Assembly (NCBI GenBank): GCA_028823995.1
Contig: JAPPFD010000009.1
Coordinates: 20,361 to 84,360, forward strand
Origin: a bacterium
Lineage (GTDB): Bacteria > Actinomycetota > Acidimicrobiia > Spongiisociales > ZC4RG35
Direction of reading: 5' to 3'
DNA: 64,000 nucleotides
Position 1 is the first letter of the stretch. Each line of letters begins with the position of its first letter. Below the pieces are notes generated by a model. That model worked only from the letters and a program-made list of their open reading frames with translations, was not told the DNA's origin and did not search any database. This document shows positions 50,172 to 59,216 of this stretch, piece after piece. The position numbers were made by a program, and so were the translations under genes.

Positions 50172-50326
50172 TTTCTGGCAGTGTAAGGAAAAAGGTGTGA
50201 AAAACGGATGGATTTATGGGCCCGCAGGGGGTCCGAACATGAAAGTGCCCGGCCAATTGGCCGCTCGTCGGGTTGGGTCACTGGCAACCGGAGGTAGGGT
50301 GGGCAAGGTCATCTAGGCTTTGGCTC

Positions 50327-50632
50327 GTGGGTCGAATTGCCGTTGTTGCCAAGCTGGTGGCCGCCGAGGGAAGGCGGGAGGAACTGCAGGCTCGCCTCAC
50401 GGAGCACTTTGAACGGGTGCAGGATGAGGAGGGGACGCTGGTCTTCTCCTGGCAGGTCGACTTCCGCAATCCCGACGCCTTCTGGGCCTACGAGGTGTAC
50501 GCCAGCCGGGAGGCGCTGGCAACCCACGCCGAATGGGCTGCCGGAGCGGTGGAGGAGATGGCTGAACTCCTGGCCTCGCCACCGGAGGTCTCCTTCTGCA
50601 GGCCGCTGATGGCCAAGGGCCTGCCGGAGTAA
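50327..50632 (+). CDS. antibiotic-biosynthesis-monooxygenase (ABM) domain protein (start tentative: GTG 50327)
   Basis: ~100-aa ferredoxin-like domain (IAVVAKLVAAEGRREELQARLTEHF...WQVDFRNPDAFWAYEVYASREALATH). Confidence 0.55.
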   Translation: MGRIAVVAKLVAAEGRREELQARLTEHFERVQDEEGTLVFSWQVDFRNPDAFWAYEVYASREALATHAEWAAGAVEEMAELLASPPEVSFCRPLMAKGLPE

Positions 50633-50774
50633 AGAACTCGGCGAGGCAAGGGGAATGTCTCATTGGCGGGTTTTCACCCCCGCAGGAGCCGGTCCACTGA
50701 TTCAGGCTGCCTATAGGGATTGGCTGATCTTAGGAAAACACAGGTCCCTTCAAGCTGGGGGCTTCTAATCTGAA

Positions 50775-51530
50775 GTGTCACTTATGTCCGGCCGGACTAC
50801 TACTTTTGGATTCGGCGCCCTTTGCGACTGTGGCGTTCTGGCAAAAGGCAGATGCAGGGTGTGCAGTCTGGCTAAGTGCGCTACCTGCTTTGCCGCCAAC
50901 TGGACATGCCATGAATGTGTGCGGCGGGAGAAGCAGCAGGCCTTCTTGACAATGGAGAGGGAAGCCCTCGCCTTTCATCATCTGTGGAGGCAACACCGGG
51001 CCCAACGGGAGGCAATGGCGAAGAGGGCCATTGAGCTAGCCGCCAAACAACCGCCGAACGACAGGGTCTATCAAGGTCCCTCTTTCCGAAAATTCGCCTC
51101 CGCGGTACTGATTATGAGTCGCCATAACGGCCCGCAGGGGACTCACTACCTCCTTGATGCCCGCGCTGGCACTGGCTACGAAGCCACAGCATTCTCTCCA
51201 AGGGGTAGGAGGCGAAGAGGACCGATTGACTTTTACCGGGCCAAAGAGACCATAAACACCGAATCTCTTCTAACAGAGATGGCGCAATTCGAGTTGATAG
51301 CAAGATGTAGGGCCCCCGCGGGTCTTGAACGAAGAGTTGTGTTTGGGGGGTCAGACAGAACTCATTATGAGTTTTGGTATCTCGGGGGTAAGAGACACCG
51401 GGAGCCGGTTCCTCCCATACTCAGTTGGGACGTCGCACTTCATTGGACACACGACCCTCCTGGCAGACGGCCACCCTTTCGGAAAGAGTTTTGGAGATTC
51501 TGCGAAGTCGATGTTCCCCTTCACCGCTAG
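50775..51530 (+). CDS. hypothetical Cys-rich protein (N-terminal 8-Cys zinc-ribbon-like cluster)
   Basis: CDCGVLAKGRCRVCSLAKCATCFAANWTCHEC, with a basic C-terminus. It sits in a visibly lower-GC island between 50640 and 51640. The alternative start is ATG 50784. Confidence 0.45.
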   Translation: MSLMSGRTTTFGFGALCDCGVLAKGRCRVCSLAKCATCFAANWTCHECVRREKQQAFLTMEREALAFHHLWRQHRAQREAMAKRAIELAAKQPPNDRVYQGPSFRKFASAVLIMSRHNGPQGTHYLLDARAGTGYEATAFSPRGRRRRGPIDFYRAKETINTESLLTEMAQFELIARCRAPAGLERRVVFGGSDRTHYEFWYLGGKRHREPVPPILSWDVALHWTHDPPGRRPPFRKEFWRFCEVDVPLHR

Positions 51531-51602
51531 GGGCTGTGGTCTTCCCACCTGGGATTTGCCTATTCTCAAGTTGCCTTTCCAAGTCGGTTCCGTAGCAGGC
51601 AA

Positions 51603-51619
51603 TTGCCAACATTTGGCAA
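51603..51619. promoter_or_regulatory. perfect 7-3-7 inverted repeat TTGCCAA-CAT-TTGGCAA between convergent genes
   Basis: Read directly from the sequence. It lies in the 3' ends of the Cys-rich ORF (+) and the PPOX gene (-). Confidence 0.5.
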
Positions 51620-51636
51620 GTTGAATCAGTCACGGG

Positions 51637-52101
51637 TCAGGTGGCCGACCAGGCTCTGATCGTCTCGATCCGGACCTCTATGACCGGACCCGGTGGAGGC
51701 TGGGCGACATAGGTCTGGTACTTGCGGGTGAGGAGGGCGATTCCTTCCCGGAAGGCCGGGCCGGAGTCGATCACCCTCGCTGAGCCGTCGATCCTGATCC
51801 ACCACAGCCGGGTCCAGTCGTCGTCGTAGCGGTCCAGGAGCACCGAGACGCCGGGGTTGGCCTCGATGTTGCGGAGCCGCTTGAGCCGGCTGGTTGATTT
51901 GGGCTTTCGGTCCACGGCGGTGTAGAGGCGCCCGTTGCGGTAGACGAACACGATCGGGACCAGGTGGGGCCGGCCCGCGCGGTCGACGGTTCCCAGAATG
52001 GCCGACCGGGCCTCGGTCAGCCGTCGGGTGATCTCCTCGGGGTCGATCAGGCACCTCCTCGACTGGATCCTGGAAGATGTGTGGCTGGTGGACACTCCCA
52101 T
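51637..52101 (-). CDS. pyridoxamine 5'-phosphate oxidase family protein (PPOX-class F420-dependent enzyme-like)
   Basis: EEITRRLTEARSAILGTVDRAGRPHLVPIVFVY...GRLY, a split-barrel FMN/F420-binding pattern. Confidence 0.7.
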   Translation of the reverse strand: MGVSTSHTSSRIQSRRCLIDPEEITRRLTEARSAILGTVDRAGRPHLVPIVFVYRNGRLYTAVDRKPKSTSRLKRLRNIEANPGVSVLLDRYDDDWTRLWWIRIDGSARVIDSGPAFREGIALLTRKYQTYVAQPPPGPVIEVRIETIRAWSAT

Positions 52102-52214
52102 TTTGCCTCCCGCGGAAGGAGTAGAGGCCGGAATGGCCGGTCATCTTCATTCTCCCTCCATCGTCTATACAATCACCAGCGAGCACGCGGACGACGCAGG
52201 AAGGAGAGTTTGGA

Positions 52215-53336
52215 GTGGATTTCGCTTTGGCCCCGGCCGATGATCCCAGGCGGCTGCGGGTCCGTGACTGGCTTTCCGACCATCCCGATCCCAGCCCCGA
52301 ACAGTTGGCGAGGGCGGGTTATGTGAAGCCCCGATTCCCTGCGCCGTACGGGCAGGGCGCCGACGTCCTCGAGGAACTGATCATCGACGAGGAGTTGGCC
52401 GCGGCGGGCGTGAGCCGCCCCGAGAACGCCATCGCCCTGGGCTGGGCGGCGCCGACTCTTCTCAACTTCGGCGACGCCGCCCAGCAGGACCGGCACCTGT
52501 GGCCGATTCTCACCGGCGAGGAGCAGTGGTGCCAGCTGTTCTCCGAGCCCAACTCCGGCTCCGACCTGGCTTCGCTTCAGACCCGCGCCGTGCGGGACGG
52601 AGACGAATGGGTCGTCAACGGCCAGAAGATCTGGACCAGCGGCGCGGAGGTCTCCCGGTACGGGATGCTTCTGGCCCGGACCGATCCCGAGGCGCCCAAG
52701 CACCGGGGGATCACCTGGTTCATCTGCCCCATGGAACAACCCGGGATCGAGATCCGCCCGATAATCGAAATGACCGGGAACCGGCACTTCAACGAGGTGT
52801 TCTTAACCGACGTGCGGGTTCCCGCCGAGAACGTGGTGGGGGAACTCCACGCCGGATGGCGGGCGGCCCGCTACACCCTTGCCAACGAGCGGGTGGCGCT
52901 TTCGGGGGGAGGGGCGATCTGGGGGATGGGGCCCAGCGTCCACGATCTCTTGGAGCGGGCCAGCGCGGCAGGGATCGACCGAAAGGCCCACCGCCAGGAG
53001 CTTGCCCGGCTGTACACCGAGGACAAGATCATCCACCTCATCGGCCTGCGGATCCTCACCGACCTGGTGGCCGGGCGGGAGCCGGGGGCGATAGCCGAGG
53101 TCAAGAAGCTGATGGCGGATCGGGCCGGGCAGCGGATCATGAACCTCGCCAAGGACCTGGCGGGGGCCGACGGGATGCGTACCGACCGGGGTCCCTTCGG
53201 AGAGGAGACCGACGAGTGGAACTGGGGGTTCCTGTTCTCCCCGGCGCTCACCATCGGAGGGGGGACCTCCCAGATCCTTCTCAATGTGATAGCAGAGCGG
53301 ATGCTGGGGCTCCCGCGGGAGCCGCTTCTCAAGTAG
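52215..53336 (+). CDS. acyl-CoA dehydrogenase family protein
   Basis: The GTG start has AAGGAGAG 6 nt upstream. ACAD fold (FSEPNSGSDLASLQTRAVRDGDEWVVNGQKIWTSGA). Confidence 0.85.
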   Translation: MDFALAPADDPRRLRVRDWLSDHPDPSPEQLARAGYVKPRFPAPYGQGADVLEELIIDEELAAAGVSRPENAIALGWAAPTLLNFGDAAQQDRHLWPILTGEEQWCQLFSEPNSGSDLASLQTRAVRDGDEWVVNGQKIWTSGAEVSRYGMLLARTDPEAPKHRGITWFICPMEQPGIEIRPIIEMTGNRHFNEVFLTDVRVPAENVVGELHAGWRAARYTLANERVALSGGGAIWGMGPSVHDLLERASAAGIDRKAHRQELARLYTEDKIIHLIGLRILTDLVAGREPGAIAEVKKLMADRAGQRIMNLAKDLAGADGMRTDRGPFGEETDEWNWGFLFSPALTIGGGTSQILLNVIAERMLGLPREPLLK

Positions 53337-53370
53337 AAAGCCGAGCCGGGACGCCGTAGGGTTGGGGCCG

Positions 53371-54564
53371 ATGCGCATACTGGTCATCAACTGCGGCAGT
53401 TCGTCCATCAAGTACAAGCTGTACGGCGTGGAGGTGGGCGATGCCCTGGCAGGGGGGATCATTGAGGGGATCGGTACTCCGGGCGCCCGGCATCGTCACC
53501 GGGTGGGGGACTGGGAGGCCGCGGTGGAAGCTCCGGTGACTAATTACCGCTCCGGGGTGTCGCGCATAGTCGAGGCGTTGTCGGACTGGGGGCCGGTCCC
53601 CCCGGTGGGCGACTCACGGGAGATCGCGGGGGTGGGCCATCGGGTGGTGCACGGCGGGGAGCAATTCTCGGCGTCGGTGATCATCGACCCCGGGGTGATG
53701 GAGACGATCCAATCGCTTGACTCCCTGGCGCCCCTTCACAACCCCGCCAACCGGGCCGGCATCGAGGCGGCGGGGGATCTTCTGCCCGAGGCGGCCGGAG
53801 TGGCGGTGTTCGACACCGCCTTCTTCTCGACGCTACCCGAGCGCGCCTATCGCTACGCGGTCCCGGCGCATTGGTGGCGCGAACACGGAGTGAGGCGCTA
53901 CGGCTTCCACGGGATCAGCCACCGATATCTCGTGGAGCGCGCCTCCATTGTGCTGGGCAAACCCCGCCCCAACCTGGTGACGTTCCACCTGGGGGCGGGC
54001 GCCTCGGCCTGCGCGGTGCGGAAGGGCGAGGCCGTGGACACCTCGATGGGGATGACTCCCCTGGAGGGGCTGGTGATGGGCACCCGGAGCGGCGACCTGG
54101 ACCCGGCGGTGGTGTTTCACCTCATGGAGGCGGGCCTGTCGGCGTCCGAGATCCGTCGGGGCCTGGAGAGAGAGGGAGGCCTGCTGGGCCTGAGCGGGAT
54201 CTCGTCGGACTTCCGGAGGCTGGCCGAGGCGACCCGGGACGGGGACCGGTCCGCCGCCCTGGCGGTGGAGGTTTTCTGTCACCGCATCCGCCGCTACCTG
54301 GGGGCGTTCCTGGTGCAGGCTGCGCCGTGCGACGGAGTGGTCTTCTCCGGCGGGATCGGCGAGAACAACGCGGGGGTGCGGCGAAGGGTCCTTGAGGGGT
54401 TGGAGGGCCTGGGTCTTGCCTTCGATCCCTCCCGGAACGAGGGAGGAGGGGAAAGAAGGATCTCCACCGACGAGAGCCCGATCGCGGCATGGGTGATCCC
54501 CACCGACGAGGAATCCCTGATTGCCCGTGACACCGTGCGATTGGTGGTAGGCGGCCAGGCCTGA
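53371..54564 (+). CDS. ackA: acetate (propionate) kinase
   Basis: MRILVINCGSSSIKYKLY... with full-length colinearity to AckA. The ORF-track TTG at 53362 is probably upstream of the real ATG. Confidence 0.9.
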   Translation: MRILVINCGSSSIKYKLYGVEVGDALAGGIIEGIGTPGARHRHRVGDWEAAVEAPVTNYRSGVSRIVEALSDWGPVPPVGDSREIAGVGHRVVHGGEQFSASVIIDPGVMETIQSLDSLAPLHNPANRAGIEAAGDLLPEAAGVAVFDTAFFSTLPERAYRYAVPAHWWREHGVRRYGFHGISHRYLVERASIVLGKPRPNLVTFHLGAGASACAVRKGEAVDTSMGMTPLEGLVMGTRSGDLDPAVVFHLMEAGLSASEIRRGLEREGGLLGLSGISSDFRRLAEATRDGDRSAALAVEVFCHRIRRYLGAFLVQAAPCDGVVFSGGIGENNAGVRRRVLEGLEGLGLAFDPSRNEGGGERRISTDESPIAAWVIPTDEESLIARDTVRLVVGGQA

Positions 54565-54615
54565 AGAGGGCGTTCCAACCAGCACGCCAGGGCGGCGGCG
54601 GGTACATTTGGACGG

Positions 54616-55089
54616 ATGAAGCTCTACGTGAAAGCAGCGGTGTTCACCCTGGTCGTGCCGGGTGGGTTCGGGGTCCTCGTCCCCGCCCTGCTGGTGCGGG
54701 GTCGGGAACCGGCGGATGGGGCGCTGATGGTGCTGGCCGTCTGTTTGATGGCCATCGGGGCAGCCATGTACCTGCGTTGTGTTTGGGACTTCGTGGTGTT
54801 CGGGAAGGGGACACCCGCTCCCATCGACGAGCCGAAGCGACTGGTCGTTCGCGGTCTCTACCGGTATACCCGAAATCCCATGTACGTGGGGTTGATAACT
54901 CTGATCGCCGGGTGGGCCATACTCTTCGGATCGGTGGTCCTGGCGTGGTGCGGGGTCTTCCTGTTCATCTTCTTCTCCTTATTCGTGCGCATCTACGAAG
55001 AGCCGCACCTGTCCCGGAAGTTCGGCGCCGAGTACGACGCCTACAAGGCTCGGGTGGGCCGTTGGCTACCCCGGTTCTTCCACAGGTAG
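54616..55089 (+). CDS. membrane methyltransferase of the isoprenylcysteine carboxyl / phospholipid methyltransferase (ICMT/PEMT) family
   Basis: A 4-TM protein with RYTRNPMYVG and the C-terminal EEPHLSRKFGAEYDAYKARV motif. Confidence 0.7.
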   Translation: MKLYVKAAVFTLVVPGGFGVLVPALLVRGREPADGALMVLAVCLMAIGAAMYLRCVWDFVVFGKGTPAPIDEPKRLVVRGLYRYTRNPMYVGLITLIAGWAILFGSVVLAWCGVFLFIFFSLFVRIYEEPHLSRKFGAEYDAYKARVGRWLPRFFHR

Positions 55090-55263
55090 GATTTCGCGGG
55101 CATTCTCGCCTGGTGGTTGAGAAACGTCTATGATGTGTTGCCCAGGTAGGTACTCATGGGCAAACAGATGGACACACACTCAGGCATCCACTCCTGTCTT
55201 GGCAAGGGGATTCCGGTGGCGGGGCCGACCGTTAGATTGAATTACCCTCTCGTTGCTCCCTGA

Positions 55264-56313
55264 ATGATGTTGGCGAAACTCCGCGACCTGTACAGGGGAC
55301 TCCATAATGCGCACCGCGGGACGGACGTGGCCCGTCGGGTGCAACGCTTCGACGGTTGGATCGATAGAACGTCGGCCGTCGAGACCGACGGGAGGGGTTA
55401 CGACCACACCGAAACGGTCGAGGAGTACTACGACCTTTGCAATGAGTTCATGGTTTACGGTTGGGGTGAGTCCCTGCACTTCGCGCCGCTTTCGCCTCAG
55501 GAGACCCTGGGGGAGTCCCAGGTCCGGCATCAGCGACTGATGATCGCCAAACTGGATTTGCGCGAGGGCATGAACGTGGTCGACGTTGGTTGCGGAATCG
55601 GCGGCCCGATGCGCCGCGTGGTCCGTGAGGCCGGTGTCAGAGTGGTCGGGGTCAACCGCAGTGGCGTTCAGCTTGACAGGGCGAGGTCGTTGAACGCAGA
55701 GGCGGGACTCGATCACATGGTCGACTACCTGGAGTGCAGTTTCATGGACATGGGGGCTGTTCCGGACCACACTTTCGACCGGGGCTACGCCATCGAATCG
55801 ACGTGCCATGCGCCGGACAAAGTGGGAGCGTTCGCCGAGATCCACCGGGTGCTGAAGCCCGGAGCCCTGTTCTGGGGTCAGGAAATGTGCATGACGGACA
55901 GGTTCGATCCTGACAACAAGCGGCACCGGGCCATCAAGCAGGAATTGATGCGCGGCATCGCACTCTCGGAGATCGCCACAGTGGATCAGGTGAACCGGGA
56001 CCTTGTGGCGGCCGGATTCGAGGTCGTCGAAGGCATCGACCGGGCTGTCGAGGAGAACGGCCAGGCGGCAACACCGTGGTACCAGCCAATGGAAACCTCG
56101 CGCAGAACAGCGGGCAGCGGCCTGCGCCGGATTCCGCTTGGCCGCAGGGCGCTCATCAAGGTATTCAAGGCAGCAGAGGTGGTCAGGATTTTTCCCAGGG
56201 GTTCCGCGGAGGTCGTCAGGCTGCTGGATCGGACCGCAAAGGCCTACGTGGCGGGCGGGAAGACCGGGATTTTCACGCCGCTGTACTGCTTCCTGGCTCG
56301 CAAGCCTTCTTGA
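55264..56313 (+). CDS. sterol 24-C-methyltransferase (Erg6/SMT) homolog
   Basis: Erg6-type signatures are present: EEYYDLCNEFMVYGWGESLHFAP, DVGCGIGGP (SAM motif I), YAIESTCHAP, KPGALF, PWYQP and the Sterol_MT_C-like tail AGGKTGIFTPLYCFLARKP. The second one is YAIEATCHAP in yeast. Confidence 0.8.
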   Translation: MMLAKLRDLYRGLHNAHRGTDVARRVQRFDGWIDRTSAVETDGRGYDHTETVEEYYDLCNEFMVYGWGESLHFAPLSPQETLGESQVRHQRLMIAKLDLREGMNVVDVGCGIGGPMRRVVREAGVRVVGVNRSGVQLDRARSLNAEAGLDHMVDYLECSFMDMGAVPDHTFDRGYAIESTCHAPDKVGAFAEIHRVLKPGALFWGQEMCMTDRFDPDNKRHRAIKQELMRGIALSEIATVDQVNRDLVAAGFEVVEGIDRAVEENGQAATPWYQPMETSRRTAGSGLRRIPLGRRALIKVFKAAEVVRIFPRGSAEVVRLLDRTAKAYVAGGKTGIFTPLYCFLARKPS

Positions 56314-56424
56314 CCATCTCCTTTCCAAATAAGCGATCCCGAGGTCGGATAGACGGTCACCTTGCGCCTTAGCCAAAGGACTTGCTTGTCAACCGAGCTT
56401 GGATGGGCCGGTAATCTGGCCGGT

Positions 56425-57192
56425 ATGAGTTATTTCGCAGGCAAGGATTTCGTCGTGACCGGGGCAGGCCGAGGGATCGGTCTGGCCACGGCCGAGATGC
56501 TGGTGGCCGAGGGCGGGAGAGTCTGGTGTTTCGACCTGGCCGAAGAGCGCCTCCGGGAGGCTGTCGGAGGTATGGGAGGACCCGGAACCGCCATACCCGT
56601 GGTGGCTGACATCTCCGACGAGGGGTCGGTGGCCGAGGGCTACCGGCAGGTCTCGGAGGCAACCGGAGGAGTGCTGTCAGGCTTGGCTCACTGCGCGGCG
56701 ATCGGGCGGGCCTACCTGTTCGAGGAGATGACCTGGGAGGACTGGGAGGTGGAGTTGAAGGTGAACGTGTTCGGGACCTATCTGATGACCAAGCACGCCG
56801 CCCCCCTGATGCGCGCCGCCGGAGGGGGTCGGATCGTCAACATCGCCTCCAACGCGGCAAAGGTCCCCGGCCCCTACTCCGCCCCATACAACTCTTCCAA
56901 GGCGGCGGTGATCAGCCTGACCCGCTCCTCGGCCAAGGCGTTGGCGCCCGACATCGCGGTCAACTCCATCTGTCCTGGACACGTCGACACCCCGATGCGG
57001 AGCGGCTTCGGCGTGGAGGCGGGCCGGCTCGTGGAGGGGGTGGACCTCGACGCGGCGGCGGCGACCGCGCAACTGGGAAGGCCCGCCCGTCCCGAGGAGA
57101 TCGCATCGGCGGTTCTGTTCCTGCTCAGTCCGGCCGCGGTGTTCATCAACGGTGAGGACCTGAACGTCAACGGCGGGATAGTGATGTACTGA
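56425..57192 (+). CDS. SDR family oxidoreductase (FabG-like)
   Basis: The true start is MSYFAGKDFVVTGAGRGIGLA... (ATG 56425). SDR motifs NAA and YNSSK are present. Confidence 0.85.
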   Translation: MSYFAGKDFVVTGAGRGIGLATAEMLVAEGGRVWCFDLAEERLREAVGGMGGPGTAIPVVADISDEGSVAEGYRQVSEATGGVLSGLAHCAAIGRAYLFEEMTWEDWEVELKVNVFGTYLMTKHAAPLMRAAGGGRIVNIASNAAKVPGPYSAPYNSSKAAVISLTRSSAKALAPDIAVNSICPGHVDTPMRSGFGVEAGRLVEGVDLDAAAATAQLGRPARPEEIASAVLFLLSPAAVFINGEDLNVNGGIVMY

Positions 57193-57267
57193 ACCCGGCG
57201 CCCGGCGAGAGCCGGGCCGGACGCTCCGGGTAAGGTGATGGTTTGGACAAGACGAAGTGAGCAGTAA

Positions 57268-58230
57268 GTGACCGCGATCTCCCCCGCAACGCTCCTGGAA
57301 CTCTACGAGTCGATGGTGACCATGAAGCTCTGGGACCAGACCGCCCTGCGTCTGCTGCAGGAGGGGAGAGTCCTGGCCGGGTACCACTCCGGACGGGGAC
57401 AGGAGGCGATACCGGCGGGCGGCGTGGCGCCGTTGCGCCGCGACGACTATCTGATGTACGCCCACCGGGGGTTCGGGTACACCATCGCCAAGGGGATGTC
57501 TTTGGCCGCCATGTTCGGCGACCTGATGGCCAACACCGCCGGCGCCACCGGCGGGCTGGGAGCGGGGATTCCGCACTTCGCCGACCCCGAGCTGGGGATA
57601 CTCGGCCAGGGGGGCACGCTGGGAAGTTGCTTCGGCATCGCCACCGGGGCGGCGTTCAGCGCCAAGTACCGGGGGACCGACCAGGTCGTGGTGTGCTTCT
57701 TCGGGGACGGGACCGCCAACCGGGGTGCCTTTCACGAGTCGGTGAACGCCGCCGCGGCCTGGAAGCTACCGGTGGTGTGGATATGTGAGAACAACGGGTA
57801 CGCCGTGTCGGTGCCGGTTGCCGAATCCACCGCCGGCCGGATAGTGGACCGGGCGGCGGGTTACGGGATGCCGGGGGTCCGCATCGACGGCATGGACGTG
57901 ACCGAGGTGTACCGGGCCACCAGCGAGGCGGTGGACCGGGCCAGGGCCGGGGAGGGCCCGACACTGATAGAGGCCATGTGCCATCGCTTCCGGGGACACT
58001 ACGAGGGAGACCCGCAGGTGTACCGGACCGAGGAGGAGACCGAGCGCCTGCTGGCCCTGGACCCCATAACCAACCTGGAGGCCCGCCTGGTGGCGGACGG
58101 CATCGCCACCGATGAGCGCCTCGGGGAGCTGGAGGTCAGGGTCCAGGACACGATAGACCGAGCGGTGGAGGAAGCGTCGTCGGCGCCCATGCCCGGCCCC
58201 GAGCGCCTCTATGAAGGTCTGTACGTATGA
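57268..58230 (+). CDS. 2-oxoacid dehydrogenase E1 component, alpha subunit (TPP-dependent; pyruvate/acetoin/branched-chain type)
   Basis: GDG...N TPP motif (VVVCFFGDGTANRGAFHESVNAAAAWKLPVVWICENNGYA). GTG start. Confidence 0.9.
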   Translation: MTAISPATLLELYESMVTMKLWDQTALRLLQEGRVLAGYHSGRGQEAIPAGGVAPLRRDDYLMYAHRGFGYTIAKGMSLAAMFGDLMANTAGATGGLGAGIPHFADPELGILGQGGTLGSCFGIATGAAFSAKYRGTDQVVVCFFGDGTANRGAFHESVNAAAAWKLPVVWICENNGYAVSVPVAESTAGRIVDRAAGYGMPGVRIDGMDVTEVYRATSEAVDRARAGEGPTLIEAMCHRFRGHYEGDPQVYRTEEETERLLALDPITNLEARLVADGIATDERLGELEVRVQDTIDRAVEEASSAPMPGPERLYEGLYV

Positions 58231-59213
58231 GCCAGGCGACCGCCACCCGGACCCTCACCTTCTCCCAGGCCATCCGGGAGGCGCTGCGAGAGGAGATGGA
58301 GCGCGACGAGCGGGTGTTCGTCTGGGGGGAGGACGTGGCGGTCTACGGGGGTATCTACGGGGCGACCGCCGGGCTCTTGGAGCAGTTCGGCCCCGGGCGG
58401 GTGATCGACACTCCCATCTCGGAGACGATGATCGTAGGAGCGGCGGTGGGCGCCGCCATCACCGGGCTTCGGCCGGTGGCGGAGTTGCAGTCGAGCGGGT
58501 ACTTCGGAATCGCCATGGACGAGCTCTACCACAAGGCGGCGCGTTGGAGGTACATGCACGGGGGCGTCTTCACCGTCCCGCTGGTGATAAGACTCCCCGA
58601 GGGCGCCAAGGGAGCCGGTCCCGAGCACGATGTCAGCCCCGAGGCCCTATTCCTCTCCGCGTCGGGAGCGTATGTGGTCATCCCGTCGGACCCCGCCGAC
58701 GCCCTGGGGCTCATGAAGTCGGCGATCCGGGACGACAACCCGGTGCTGTTCTTCGAACATGCCGGCCTTTACGCCTACCGGGGGGAGGTCCCCGGCGGCG
58801 ACCACCTGGTGCCGCTGGGGGAGGCTGCGGTGAAGCGGGAGGGAAGCGATGTCACGGTGATCGCCTGGTCGCGCATGGTGGGCGAGTCCCTCCGGGCCGC
58901 CGAGCAGTTGGAGGGGGAGGGAATCGACGTGGAGGTGGTCGATCCCCGGGGGCTTCGTCCACTGGACCTCGATACGATCCTCGAGTCGGTGGCCAAGACC
59001 GGCCGGGTGGTTATCGCCCACGAGGCGCCCAAGACCGGCGGCGCCGGAGGAGAGGTGGCGGCGATCATCGCCGAGGAGGCGCTCGAGTACCTGGAGTCGC
59101 CGATCATCCGGGTGGCGTCCGCCGACGTCCCCATCCCCCAGAGCCGCTATCTCCAACAGTTCCTGATACCCACCGCCGCCTCGGTGACCGAAGCGGTGAG
59201 GAGGCTTGACTGA
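58227..59213 (+). CDS. 2-oxoacid dehydrogenase E1 component, beta subunit
   Basis: Transketolase-like pyrimidine-binding and C-terminal domains. It overlaps the alpha-subunit stop (ATGA). Confidence 0.9.
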   Translation: MSQATATRTLTFSQAIREALREEMERDERVFVWGEDVAVYGGIYGATAGLLEQFGPGRVIDTPISETMIVGAAVGAAITGLRPVAELQSSGYFGIAMDELYHKAARWRYMHGGVFTVPLVIRLPEGAKGAGPEHDVSPEALFLSASGAYVVIPSDPADALGLMKSAIRDDNPVLFFEHAGLYAYRGEVPGGDHLVPLGEAAVKREGSDVTVIAWSRMVGESLRAAEQLEGEGIDVEVVDPRGLRPLDLDTILESVAKTGRVVIAHEAPKTGGAGGEVAAIIAEEALEYLESPIIRVASADVPIPQSRYLQQFLIPTAASVTEAVRRLD

Positions 59214-59216
59214 CTC

